Below are positions 48,171 through 57,407 of a stretch of DNA of 64,000 nt, in pieces; the first letter of the stretch is position 1; the number at the start of each line of letters is the position of its first letter. Source of the DNA: a virus. Below the pieces are notes generated by a model. That model was not told where the DNA came from and did not search any database. It was given only the letters and a program-made list of their open reading frames with translations. The stretch covers positions 64,001 to 128,000 of the IMG/VR virus record IMGVR_UViG_3300020055_000005. One strand, given 5' to 3'. The position numbers were made by a program, and so were the translations under genes.

Positions 48171-49420
48171 TACCTACTTACCTTGTATTTTGTTAACACT
48201 GTTGCCATATCACCCCATGCAAGTGTAGCGTCTTTACCACCACGACTATAGAATGTAAACTTAGTCTTGTTTCTAGGGTCATCCTTTGCAACCATGTTGA
48301 TTTTATCAACATTGTATTTGTTACTGCGAGTAATACTCTTTACGAGTAAATCCATTTTGTGTCCCTTCTTCATTGAAGAATCGAACTCTACTGAAACGGT
48401 ATTACCCTTTTTAATCTTTTCGAATTCCTTTCTAGGGACTGCAATCTCTTGTAAGTCCTGTTCAGGTAATTCCTGTTTAGGTGCATACTTTTGTCCTTGT
48501 TCCCACATCTTTCTGTATGAGTCCATGACTGATTCGTTTTTAGGTTTTTCACCTTTCTCTTTCTTTGCAATTGCTATAGCAGCCTGTTGTGCAGGTGATA
48601 CTGCTTCTTCGACTTCTTCAAACTGAATACCTAATCTCTTTTCGTGTTTCTTCATTAGGTCTTTGACAGTCATGTTTTTGTTTTTTGGATATGCAAAATC
48701 ATCAGCAAGTTCATCATCTGATAGATATTTTAAATCTAACTGTTTGAAAAACTTTTTACCCTCAGGTGAACCTACTTTAGTGCTTGGTTTTATACTCTTG
48801 ACAAGTTTTCGCATTCCTGCAATTGCTTTCTTTTGAACTGAAGGATTGTCATCAAAGATACCAATTGCCATTGTTCCTTCTTCTAGTTCTTCTCTTTTCA
48901 TAGATTTCTCTATGGTCTGTTTAGTTTGAAGTTTACCAATCATTGACAAGATTGTATCTCTTGCTTTAAGAACCTGTTCGTAATCGTAATTGTGTTTTGT
49001 GTTTTTGAGTTCTTTGTCACCCATGTTTGCAATCTTCTGATAAGACACTAAGACCTTTTGCATGTCTTTAGAGACTTTTCTCATTGCATTGATTTCTTTA
49101 TCAGTGACTTCATCAAGTTGTGTTTCTTCTACTTGATTTCTTAGGGATACTGATTTACCCTTTAACAGTGATTGTGCTTTCTTTCTGTCGTGGAACAAGA
49201 AACTGTATGTCTTACCTTTGTCATCTTTTACTTGATAACCTTTTGAAGACATCTTAGTAATCTTTCCGAATCTTTTGTCACCGTTTTTTGGTTCATAGAA
49301 GTCTAACTCTAGACCAACTCTTGCAGAGTTTTTAGTTTCTGTACCCATTCCTTTACGGGCAAGAGTTCTATAGTTCTCTTCTAATCTAGCGGATTCTTTT
49401 AAGGATTGAAAGAGGTTCAT
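48170..49420 (-). CDS. Modular Lys/Glu-rich putative internal head protein
   Basis: Modules separated by LEE/VEE/LQE motifs; AVSPAQQAAIAIAKKE. Confidence 0.65.
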   Translation of the reverse strand: MNLFQSLKESARLEENYRTLARKGMGTETKNSARVGLELDFYEPKNGDKRFGKITKMSSKGYQVKDDKGKTYSFLFHDRKKAQSLLKGKSVSLRNQVEETQLDEVTDKEINAMRKVSKDMQKVLVSYQKIANMGDKELKNTKHNYDYEQVLKARDTILSMIGKLQTKQTIEKSMKREELEEGTMAIGIFDDNPSVQKKAIAGMRKLVKSIKPSTKVGSPEGKKFFKQLDLKYLSDDELADDFAYPKNKNMTVKDLMKKHEKRLGIQFEEVEEAVSPAQQAAIAIAKKEKGEKPKNESVMDSYRKMWEQGQKYAPKQELPEQDLQEIAVPRKEFEKIKKGNTVSVEFDSSMKKGHKMDLLVKSITRSNKYNVDKINMVAKDDPRNKTKFTFYSRGGKDATLAWGDMATVLTKYKVSR

Positions 49421-49776
49421 TACTTATCCTCTGATTCTTTCTCGTCTTCGTCCTCTTTCTCGTCTTCATCGTGATGAGCTTCAGACATTTCTTTGACCAT
49501 CTCTTCTACTTCTTGCACTTGGTATTTTTTACCTGCACATGTGAATTCTTTATCCCCATTGTCTTTTGCGGCCTGAAGTGCTTTAGTAAATGCATTACCT
49601 TCGTCCTTCATTGCCTTCTTGATTGCATCACGTCTTTTTCCTAGATATTCGTCTGAAGAATCTACGTCTCCATCATTATCTACGTCTGCATCTCTTTTAC
49701 CAACAGGGTCTAATTTTTTACCCTCTAAGATTGCACGTGCATCTTGAAGTAGTGACTTAGTTAGTTCGTCGATCAT
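49420..49776 (-). CDS. Putative internal head protein
   Basis: LDPVG..DADVDNDGDVDSSDEYL..RR.AI. Confidence 0.65.
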   Translation of the reverse strand: MIDELTKSLLQDARAILEGKKLDPVGKRDADVDNDGDVDSSDEYLGKRRDAIKKAMKDEGNAFTKALQAAKDNGDKEFTCAGKKYQVQEVEEMVKEMSEAHHDEDEKEDEDEKESEDK

Positions 49777-50294
49777 TGTTTTAACTCCCCTTTCTCAAAG
49801 TAATTGAATAACTGTTCTTTACCAGTTTCGTTCAGTTGGAGTTGCTTAGCAAGACGACCCAACATATTTTTTTCTGTGAGTTTTTCTACAGTCTTCTCTA
49901 CTGAAAGTTTTTCTTCTTGGACTTCTACTTCTTCCATAGAAGGTAGTTCACCCATTTTAGCGGCCATTCTTTTAAATCCTTTAGGATTTTGTTTCTGCAT
50001 TGATTGGAGAACTTTTAGACTTGTCATATTCATAAGATTTGCAATACCATCAATTTCTTTCTTATCTTTAGTTTTAAAGAGTTTACTGATTGCATCACCA
50101 GTTCCTACAATTTTCTCATCTAATTCTAAATTGTCTTCAACAATCTCGTCTTCTCCAAAGAATGTTGCAAGTTCCTCATCGATTTGATCACTAAGAATCT
50201 CGTCTGCGCTCTTCTCCACTGAACCTTCTTTCAGTTGTACGTGGTTACGAACTTGCTCAAGTTTTTCTTTCCAGTTTTCTGACTTATAACTCAT
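49773..50294 (-). CDS. Putative internal head protein
   Basis: Multiple LxE motifs; TATAAATA 8 nt before ATG. Confidence 0.65.
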   Translation of the reverse strand: MSYKSENWKEKLEQVRNHVQLKEGSVEKSADEILSDQIDEELATFFGEDEIVEDNLELDEKIVGTGDAISKLFKTKDKKEIDGIANLMNMTSLKVLQSMQKQNPKGFKRMAAKMGELPSMEEVEVQEEKLSVEKTVEKLTEKNMLGRLAKQLQLNETGKEQLFNYFEKGELKQ

Positions 50295-50305
50295 AGTAGT
50301 ATTAT

Positions 50306-50590
50306 TTATATATTCTCTATTCTTATTACGAGGTTTCCCTCACCTTTTATCAACCTATGGTACTGCATCTTGGGAATGTAGTACTCTTTACCCATCTCTA
50401 AATCGATGGGTAATGCATCATCGTGTTGTATCTTCCATTCTGACCCACTTAACACGTGGACTTTCCTAGACGTAGTGTCACGATGCCACACCAAATCATC
50501 TAGTTCAACAGACTCGTCGAATGTACGCAAGACATATCTACGTCCTGTACCCTGTTGTTCTTGGATTTCTTCTTTGTAGGGGTTAGTCAT
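50306..50590 (-). CDS. Cupin-like protein
   Basis: LVWHRD, W..Q.D...P, IPK..YHRLIKG. Confidence 0.65.
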   Translation of the reverse strand: MTNPYKEEIQEQQGTGRRYVLRTFDESVELDDLVWHRDTTSRKVHVLSGSEWKIQHDDALPIDLEMGKEYYIPKMQYHRLIKGEGNLVIRIENI

Positions 50591-50846
50591 CTATTTCAGG
50601 ATAAAAGTTATCTGTTTTTTGATTATATCCGTAATATCCCACTGCGTTTGGATTGGGAACTGCATCGAAAATTCCATCGACATAGTTCTCTGCACATGAT
50701 TCTGCATAACTTTCAGAATGATCATGAACTTCTCTGATCTCTTGGATTTCTCCTTTCAGAAATAGATCAACTTCAAATCCTTTCTCAGTGTATCTTACGA
50801 CAGCCTTTCTATCGTCTCTCCAATATTCATGTATCACTTGACTCAT
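50583..50846 (-). CDS. Hypothetical protein
   Basis: HSESYAESCAENYV; SD GGAG. Confidence 0.7.
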   Translation of the reverse strand: MSQVIHEYWRDDRKAVVRYTEKGFEVDLFLKGEIQEIREVHDHSESYAESCAENYVDGIFDAVPNPNAVGYYGYNQKTDNFYPEIDD

Positions 50847-50873
50847 ATTAACTCCGTTTCTAATATATATGGT

Positions 50874-51413
50874 TTACCAAAAAAAGTTTCCACCACCACT
50901 CAAACCTAACTGTTTTGCATAGTATGGAAGTCTACATGCCCAATAGGATGCTGTTGTTTTGTCGTTTGCAGTTGAACATTGATGACGAGCTGCAAATGAT
51001 TTACGTGCCTTTGGGTCATCTATCTTAACTTTTAATCCTGTAGTGTCACCCCATGACACTTTCTTGATGTTTTTTGTTTTGGGGTCTCTGACATAAACAT
51101 AGTATTTCTTAGAACCACCTTTCTTAGGTTTGTTTAATTCAGGTTCTTCCTCTTCTACTATGTTCATCATAGGACAGTCTAGGGGTACCAACTCACCCTC
51201 ATAGACTTCGTAATCACCTAGATCAGTTTCTAGGATGTGTTTGTCGACTTCTGTAAGTCTGTATTTTTGTTCATGAACAAGTCTTTTCACTTCCTTTATA
51301 GTTTCAAAATACATCAATGACCCCAGTCTAAATGGGTTGTCAATGAAGTTAGTTTTAGATTCCTGAAGGTCATTGATGACTTGATCAAGAGCTTGTTCTT
51401 TTAGTGTTTTCAT
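50874..51413 (-). CDS. Conserved hypothetical protein with C-terminal His/Cys motif
   Basis: KKYYVYV, KVSWGD, RKSFAARHQC, YWAC. Confidence 0.75.
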   Translation of the reverse strand: MKTLKEQALDQVINDLQESKTNFIDNPFRLGSLMYFETIKEVKRLVHEQKYRLTEVDKHILETDLGDYEVYEGELVPLDCPMMNIVEEEEPELNKPKKGGSKKYYVYVRDPKTKNIKKVSWGDTTGLKVKIDDPKARKSFAARHQCSTANDKTTASYWACRLPYYAKQLGLSGGGNFFW

Positions 51414-52045
51414 TATGCTAAATCTTGGTCGTGGTTTAGATTACCTTTTTTCTTTTTGACAATAAATGCGTTGACCCTTGCATGTCCCCACTGCTGTGGT
51501 GTAGTGCCTGGTCTATGACCACCTTTCCAAGCTGCGACACCTCTATCATACACTTTCTTTAGTGTTGCAACTGAGATACCACTTTTCTTTGACTTGTCTG
51601 CAAATGAATCTTCTTCAAGTGTCTCTTCGTTTGCAAGTCTGAGTGCATGTTGAACTTTTGGATGATCTCCAAGACCTTTCTTCATCTTTTCAATCTTCTT
51701 ATATGCACCAGTCATGTTACCACTCATTTTCTTTGCGATGTCTTGTGCCTTTTTGATAAGATTAGAGGGGAATGATGCCTCCAAAAGTTCTTCATCAATA
51801 AGACCTTCGATATCATCTAAGTCTTCTTTGATCTCTGTGACTTGGAATTCTTCGTTATAAGGGAAACCTTTGAGAGGATTTTGGAACACTTGACTGAAGT
51901 GTTTCTTTTTATTATTCTTCAGTTCTTTTTGTGCCTCTTCGATATACTCTTCAATAGTTTGCCCAGGCGTATCGTCTTGATATGCATTTCTTATTTCGTC
52001 TGTACCCACTTCGTGTACACCGTTGTCTGTTTTATTACCTGACAT
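51413..52045 (-). CDS. Putative internal head protein
   Basis: KSGIS..TLKKVYDRGVAAW..GHRPGTTPQQWGHARVN module. Confidence 0.7.
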   Translation of the reverse strand: MSGNKTDNGVHEVGTDEIRNAYQDDTPGQTIEEYIEEAQKELKNNKKKHFSQVFQNPLKGFPYNEEFQVTEIKEDLDDIEGLIDEELLEASFPSNLIKKAQDIAKKMSGNMTGAYKKIEKMKKGLGDHPKVQHALRLANEETLEEDSFADKSKKSGISVATLKKVYDRGVAAWKGGHRPGTTPQQWGHARVNAFIVKKKKGNLNHDQDLA

Positions 52046-52452
52046 TATAATTCTCCTACTCTTGATTGAAAGTCTTCCCATGAAGTTGACTCTGCAACTA
52101 TAGACTTTAAATGTGATTCTAAGATGACTGGTTCTCCGTTGTATGATAAAACATTATTCTCTGTTGAGATAGAACCTGATGCAGTGTGAATGGTAGTATC
52201 TGACAAATACATGTCTCGAAATTTATATTCAGCACTACCTAAGTCATATGCATCGTTTGTATCAGGTATCAAATGACCTGTTACTGTTCCTGATAATGTT
52301 ACAGGTAGACCATTTCCACCTGCAGTAGTACCATCAGACACTTTAAGTGTACCTGTTGAAGGGTCATAGAATATTTCACCTTCTTTGGGGTTAAAAGTTG
52401 CAGGGTCTGTTCCACCTAGTTTTTCTGCGACTATTTTATACGTTGTTGCCAT
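52045..52452 (-). CDS. Tail-fibre-like structural fragment
   Basis: GEIFYD...LKVSDGTTAGG, LIPDTN.AYDLGS. Confidence 0.6.
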   Translation of the reverse strand: MATTYKIVAEKLGGTDPATFNPKEGEIFYDPSTGTLKVSDGTTAGGNGLPVTLSGTVTGHLIPDTNDAYDLGSAEYKFRDMYLSDTTIHTASGSISTENNVLSYNGEPVILESHLKSIVAESTSWEDFQSRVGEL

Positions 52453-52454
52453 CT

Positions 52455-53375
52455 TTATTTACCGTCCTTCTTATCCAAATATGCTGCAATCGCCATTTGT
52501 CTTATTTTTTTATCAGACTTTCCCTTAAATTGTGGTGCATCTGATTTCCTAAAATCTTTTACGTAGTCTCCTGCATCTGCATCAGGCCCTAATTCCATCT
52601 TCAAAAAGAGTTTACCTTTCTGTTGCATCTTACTTGATGCTTTTGCACCAATCATTGAACCCAAACGATTCAACATTGCAAGACCCTTTTCGTTATTCTT
52701 TCTATAGAGACTACCGAATTGTTTCTTAAATTCACTAACCATTGCATTTAGAATTGCATCTACATCTGCAACTAGTTTACCTTCCTGTACTTCTTCACTC
52801 ATAACCAGTGTAGATAATTGGTTAACTACTGTCGTTAACATTGGTGAAGGTATTGTGGATAAAACTCTAAGTTGGTCTTTTGTTAGACCTTTAATCTTTT
52901 TTAATTTTTTGAGAACTTTTTCATTTGCCTCTAACTGCACTTCTTTTCTTTGTTTTTCTCTTTCCTTCTCTGCATCTACACTTGCCTTTGCAGTGTCACT
53001 TTGTCTGTCTTGTCTACTCTTGAGTGCTTCAAGTTCTCTTTCGTGTCTTGCTTTGAGTTTTTCCATGTCATCTGCATGTTTCGCTTTTAAATCAGACACT
53101 GCATCTTCACCAAACATCTTCTTATATTGTTTAGTGTATTGTGATGGTTTAGTCTTTGCAGTCTTATCGCCTGGCGCAGGTTTGTACGCAGATGCATCAT
53201 CGTCATCTTTTTTACTATTCTTTGCAAAATGAGCTGCACGATCATCTTTAGTTGACTTTGACATTTCGTCACCGTCAGCATCTTTTGCATAGTATCTTTT
53301 AGGTTGAGAACCTTCTTTGTCCTCAATGTCTTTGTCCTGTGCAGTCTTAATCTTTTCTCTTAATTGATTTAACAT
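52455..53375 (-). CDS. Modular putative internal head protein
   Basis: YKPAPGD..AKTKPS.YTK..KKMFGE and DF.KSDAPQFKGKS...MAIAAYL modules. Confidence 0.65.
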   Translation of the reverse strand: MLNQLREKIKTAQDKDIEDKEGSQPKRYYAKDADGDEMSKSTKDDRAAHFAKNSKKDDDDASAYKPAPGDKTAKTKPSQYTKQYKKMFGEDAVSDLKAKHADDMEKLKARHERELEALKSRQDRQSDTAKASVDAEKEREKQRKEVQLEANEKVLKKLKKIKGLTKDQLRVLSTIPSPMLTTVVNQLSTLVMSEEVQEGKLVADVDAILNAMVSEFKKQFGSLYRKNNEKGLAMLNRLGSMIGAKASSKMQQKGKLFLKMELGPDADAGDYVKDFRKSDAPQFKGKSDKKIRQMAIAAYLDKKDGK

Positions 53376-53381
53376 ACTAAC

Positions 53382-54683
53382 CTACTTCTTTTTTGCATCT
53401 AACTCTGCCTGTTTCCATTCAAGTGCTTTCTTGTTTGCAGGGAATGAACTTGACCATCCCATCATCTTACCATACAATGCATTAACCTTTTTCTTTAAAG
53501 CTGCATGATCATCATCATTTACAATCTCTATAAAGTTTTTACCAAATAACTTTTTAAACCCATTAACGTTCTTTTGTGATGCATTCCAATCTTTCTCTAC
53601 AACTTCCTTTGGAAGTTTTCTTGCACGTTCATCATTTCTTGCCTGTGCAAACTCTAATGAAGTGTTAACGAATACCATTTTGTATTCGTAACCTGCATTG
53701 TCTAATAACTTCTTATAGTTTTTAATCTTGGATGCCTTTGCACCTGTAGTGTCAAATATCATTCCGAGTCTACCTCTGATATACGCACTCATGTTTTTTG
53801 CAGTAATCTCTTTTGCACGTGCTCTGATTGGGTCTCTAAGTTCTGCATCCATGTTTCTCAAGTCAAGACCAAGTCCTGCCTTTTTCAGACCAGTCTCAAA
53901 TGCCTTGTCAGTGTTTACAATCTTCAATCCTAATGCAGTCAATCCTAGTTCACTAACAACTGTTGATTTACCTGAACCAGGCCCACCCATCAAGAACACT
54001 GCCTTGAAGATGCCTGGGTCATACACACCCTCTTGTATTAAGTCTTCTACCATGTATTTTGGTGCAGAGTATAAGTCTTCTGTTAGACCCATTCCCTTAC
54101 GTATTGCTTTATATAATTTCTGTGCATGACGTTTACCAGTAGAAGGAACCCCATCTTTGAATGAGTCGAAGTCACCCTTCTCTGCGAATGCTCTCATTTT
54201 AGATGCACTCATTCCTGATACATCGTCGGCGTCAGGGTCACGATCACCTGCAGATATAACTTGAATCTCATCAAATTTATAGAAACCGTGACGACCTTTC
54301 ACCGAATTATACTTGTTAATGATAGTGTCAAACTCTCTAATTCTATCTGAACCTACGACCATTCTAATCTTAGTGTAACCTTTATCGTGTAAGAATGTTA
54401 GGATTTGAAAAATCTGTTTTACATCTGCATCGACAACATTTACCTTCTTACCAAAGAATGCACGTAAAAATTTAATTTTATCTTTGTGCGATAAAGGATT
54501 CTTAATCTTATCGTTTGAATGTGATGAAAACAATAATGCATCACCATATCCTTTTGCAACTTTGTTTAACTTATCAACTAATTTTTCGTGACCGTTTGTA
54601 GGAGGATTAAATCGACCAAAGGTGAACACTGCACCTTTTCCTTTTGCCTCTGATAACCACGATGTAAATGTTTTATTTGGCAT
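53382..54683 (-). CDS. HxGH nucleotidyltransferase fused to P-loop (zeta/AAA_33-like) kinase
   Basis: FGRFNPPTNGH, VGSDR, SASKMR; then MGGPGSGKS, VNTD, IFDTTG, RN..R.R. Confidence 0.85.
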   Translation of the reverse strand: MPNKTFTSWLSEAKGKGAVFTFGRFNPPTNGHEKLVDKLNKVAKGYGDALLFSSHSNDKIKNPLSHKDKIKFLRAFFGKKVNVVDADVKQIFQILTFLHDKGYTKIRMVVGSDRIREFDTIINKYNSVKGRHGFYKFDEIQVISAGDRDPDADDVSGMSASKMRAFAEKGDFDSFKDGVPSTGKRHAQKLYKAIRKGMGLTEDLYSAPKYMVEDLIQEGVYDPGIFKAVFLMGGPGSGKSTVVSELGLTALGLKIVNTDKAFETGLKKAGLGLDLRNMDAELRDPIRARAKEITAKNMSAYIRGRLGMIFDTTGAKASKIKNYKKLLDNAGYEYKMVFVNTSLEFAQARNDERARKLPKEVVEKDWNASQKNVNGFKKLFGKNFIEIVNDDDHAALKKKVNALYGKMMGWSSSFPANKKALEWKQAELDAKKK

Positions 54684-55041
54684 TTTTCTTAGTCTTCTCC
54701 TGTTCCTTCTTTCTAATCATTGGTAAGAGTTTCTTTGCAAGTTTCTTAATTGCACCTTTTTTCTTGTCTAATTTTTTCTCTAATGCAGCCTTTCCACTCA
54801 TACCCAAATCATTCTTATCTTTATCTTGTAAGAGTTTCTTTGCGACCATTCCACGTGCCTGTTTCTCTGCACGTTTCATAAGTTTCTTAGGGTCAAGAAC
54901 CTTTTTCTTCATCGCCTTTTTACGTTTTGCGAGAATCTTATGTTTGTTCTTTTGGAATGCTTTCTTTTTCTTCAGACGAGTTGCCATTGAGTCTGCTTCT
55001 TGCATCTCATCTAAGTAATTTTTGAAACTTTTTAATTCCAT
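54673..55041 (-). CDS. Extremely basic putative internal protein
   Basis: MELKSFKNYLDE N-terminus followed by K/R-rich body; GATAAATA 5 nt before ATG. Confidence 0.7.
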   Translation of the reverse strand: MELKSFKNYLDEMQEADSMATRLKKKKAFQKNKHKILAKRKKAMKKKVLDPKKLMKRAEKQARGMVAKKLLQDKDKNDLGMSGKAALEKKLDKKKGAIKKLAKKLLPMIRKKEQEKTKKNAK

Positions 55042-55045
55042 TATA

Positions 55046-56254
55046 CTATTTATCCCAATTTTTAGCAGCATTAAAATTATTCTGACTGAATTCCATTCGG
55101 TCTACTAACTTAACTGCCTTACCTTCATGGTCAATTGCAACATATCCTTCAGGATTAACTGCTTTGAATCCTGTTGAGGTCTTAACAAATGTACCTATAC
55201 TTTTAACTTTATTCAAACCATCTACGATTAATTGTTTTGCAACAACCATCAATTCTTGAAACTTGGTTAGTGCTTCGATCATTTTCTTTAATGCACGTAA
55301 CTCATTGTAGAGTTGTTCACCAATCTCTCTCTTAATTGCCTTAGTCTTTTCTTGTTTTACTTTACCAACTACCTTCACTCTCCAATAATTTTCGAAGTGT
55401 TTTAAATAACCGTTGTAGTTTGGTTTGAATTTACCTTGACGTATCTGTGCGTTACAATAGGTTTTATAGGTTGCACCTGGCCCCTTCTTTTCTATTGTTT
55501 GTTGTATTTCTTTGAACTTCTTTAAGTCCTTTCTTTTGATATTGTGGAATTGTTTACCCACTGCAGTCAAATAGTTTGATAGTTTAAGTGTCTCAGTTGC
55601 AGTAAGTGTCGCATTGCCTGATACATCTTTATAGGATGCATCATCCATCCATACGTCTTTAGATGCACCCAGTTTTGATATGTTTGCACCGAATGATGCA
55701 GATAAGTCCTCGATAGTTCCACCTGTATAGGTAGTGTGAAATACAATACCAAGTTTTGCATTAGCGATTTGTTTACCTAGTTCTGATTTTGTTTGAACAC
55801 GATACACTATAGTGTTAGGCCCAAACTGAATATAGGATTCGAAGTCGTCCTTGACCATCTGTTTGTCTTCGTCAGTGAACATTAGATCACCCTGAAGTAT
55901 CTCGTTACCCCATGACAGTCCTGAAAGATACTTAAAACATGTAAGGAACTTCTTTTCTAAGTCTCCTGATATCTCAGATGCATCTTTGATTTCTTGTTCT
56001 GAAGTGTAAAATAAGGGGGTTTGATTGAATAATGATTTCTTTGCAACAAAGAAACGACCATCTTCAGGATGTTTCCCACAAAAGATTGCAGGAGCACCAT
56101 CCCATTTGACTGTCATATTGACACCCTTTTTGGTGTTTCCCTTCATCATGTCACGAAGACCACGAAGGAAGTTTATAGATGCACGCCCACCATCAATACC
56201 ATTGTTGATGATCTCGTCTTCTATGTGTTCTAAATGTAGATTCTTGACTGCCAT
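55046..56254 (-). CDS. Putative ATP-dependent ligase/capping-superfamily nucleotidyltransferase
   Basis: VKWDGA (motif I KxDG), LQGDLM (III), EGYVA (IV), AVKLVDR (V). Confidence 0.55.
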   Translation of the reverse strand: MAVKNLHLEHIEDEIINNGIDGGRASINFLRGLRDMMKGNTKKGVNMTVKWDGAPAIFCGKHPEDGRFFVAKKSLFNQTPLFYTSEQEIKDASEISGDLEKKFLTCFKYLSGLSWGNEILQGDLMFTDEDKQMVKDDFESYIQFGPNTIVYRVQTKSELGKQIANAKLGIVFHTTYTGGTIEDLSASFGANISKLGASKDVWMDDASYKDVSGNATLTATETLKLSNYLTAVGKQFHNIKRKDLKKFKEIQQTIEKKGPGATYKTYCNAQIRQGKFKPNYNGYLKHFENYWRVKVVGKVKQEKTKAIKREIGEQLYNELRALKKMIEALTKFQELMVVAKQLIVDGLNKVKSIGTFVKTSTGFKAVNPEGYVAIDHEGKAVKLVDRMEFSQNNFNAAKNWDK

Positions 56255-56313
56255 AATAGTAGTATATCACAATTTCCTGTGTAATACTACTATTTATGGT
56301 TATTTATTTTTTG

Positions 56314-56682
56314 TTAAGCGCCAGCGTCAACTACACCAGTGTCAATATTGTTCTGAAGATTATCTCTATCAGAAATATATTCGTCTCTTTGTGTGGTCAT
56401 TGCAGTGATTTTTTCAGCAGTAACAGCAGACCAATCAGCACCTTGATTTGCATCATTCCATTCATTCCATGCATTAAAGTTTGCAAGTTCGTCTCCTGTT
56501 GACGATGATGATGCAGAAGGATTTGCAGTTCTCCATGCAGCCCAAAAACCATCACGACCATTTACTGTTGCAGTGTAACCTCTAACTGTGTACTCTTGAT
56601 TTGTACCACTCAACCAAGCGATAACTGTATTAGTGTCATCTATTCTTGTTTGCAGTGATGCTATTTCGTCTACCCATGCCAT
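56314..56682 (-). CDS. Hypothetical late protein
   Basis: SD GGAG; CCTAAATA upstream. Confidence 0.7.
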   Translation of the reverse strand: MAWVDEIASLQTRIDDTNTVIAWLSGTNQEYTVRGYTATVNGRDGFWAAWRTANPSASSSSTGDELANFNAWNEWNDANQGADWSAVTAEKITAMTTQRDEYISDRDNLQNNIDTGVVDAGA

Positions 56683-56718
56683 GGTTTATTCTCCGTGAAA
56701 GTGTTATAACACTACTAT

Positions 56719-56892
56719 TTAGGATTTCTGCAGGTGCGATTGGGATAGTTTATCTTCGATTCGAACAATCTTATTGGATGTTTTGTTAATAAGAACCTTA
56801 TCTCCGTCCTTTTTCGCTTGACGAAGTGCCTTTTTTAACTCAATCTTCTGTTGCAGAAGACCAATAACGTCCTGTGATTTCAATGTTTTCAT
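56719..56892 (-). CDS. 57-aa basic helical protein (not in track)
   Basis: MKTLKSQDVIGLLQQKIELKKALR...; TATAAATA upstream. Confidence 0.65.
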   Translation of the reverse strand: MKTLKSQDVIGLLQQKIELKKALRQAKKDGDKVLINKTSNKIVRIEDKLSQSHLQKS

Positions 56893-56919
56893 ACCTATTA
56901 TATTATTTATATAAAATAA

Positions 56920-57014
56920 TATGGCTTATCAATCTTGGTAGGCTATTCTTTTAACTGACTAACTTAGCTTCTCCCTTATTCGTGTGATCAAGACAACCTT
57001 TGAGAAGTACCATC
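56920..57014 (-). ncRNA. Candidate ~95-nt structured sRNA with its own promoter
   Basis: TTGTCC-17-TATAAT; AUGGU/GCCAU closing stem, CUUCUC/GAGAAG, GCUA/UAGC, possible pseudoknot. Confidence 0.45.
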
Positions 57015-57064
57015 TTTTATTATACTATAAAAAACCCCTCAGGACAAGGGGATTTTGAAAAAAG

Positions 57065-57138
57065 GAGGGTAGGGCAGTAGGGTTTACATACTCCGAGCAT
57101 CCGATTGAGACCCCATATTACTACAGGGTCATACCCTC
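57065..57138 (-). ncRNA. Candidate tRNA-sized RNA downstream of tRNA-Asp
   Basis: 7-bp GAGGGUA/UACCCUC stem, GACCCU/GGGGUC hairpin, 3' U-run. Confidence 0.5.
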
Positions 57139-57143
57139 AAAAT

Positions 57144-57219
57144 TGGCGATTCCAAGGGGACTCGAACCCCTAATACTACCGTGACAGGGTAGCGTGTTAA
57201 CCAATTACACCATGGAACC
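57144..57219 (-). tRNA. tRNA-Asp(GUC)
   Basis: CTACC-CTGTCAC-GGTAG, GTTCGAG, CCA. Confidence 0.95.
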
Positions 57220-57225
57220 GTGTAC

Positions 57226-57306
57226 TTAAACTTTTTTAAGAGATAGTAAACACCAAACTAACAGTGCAACTGTCAATGATAGAAAATACATTGATAGTAA
57301 ACCCAT
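57226..57306 (-). CDS. 26-aa membrane peptide between tRNA-Glu and tRNA-Asp (not in track)
   Basis: SD GAGGAGG; MGLLSMYFLSLTVALLVWCLLSLKKV*. Confidence 0.6.
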   Translation of the reverse strand: MGLLSMYFLSLTVALLVWCLLSLKKV

Positions 57307-57330
57307 TCTATGTTCCTCCTCTATTTAAAG

Positions 57331-57405
57331 TGGTACCCTGTAGGAGAATCGAACTCCTGTTGCATGGATGAAAACCATGTGTCCTAACCACTAGACGAAC
57401 AGGGC
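57331..57405 (-). tRNA. tRNA-Glu(UUC)
   Basis: CATGG-TTTTCAT-CCATG, GTTCGA, CCA. Confidence 0.95.
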
Positions 57406-57407
57406 TT

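Noticed and set aside
57065-57143. Theta/HDV-like ribozyme at the tRNA-Asp 3' end
   Set aside because: Pairing order does not fit HDV: no L3 consensus, no GG P1.1, and no catalytic C/P2 after P1
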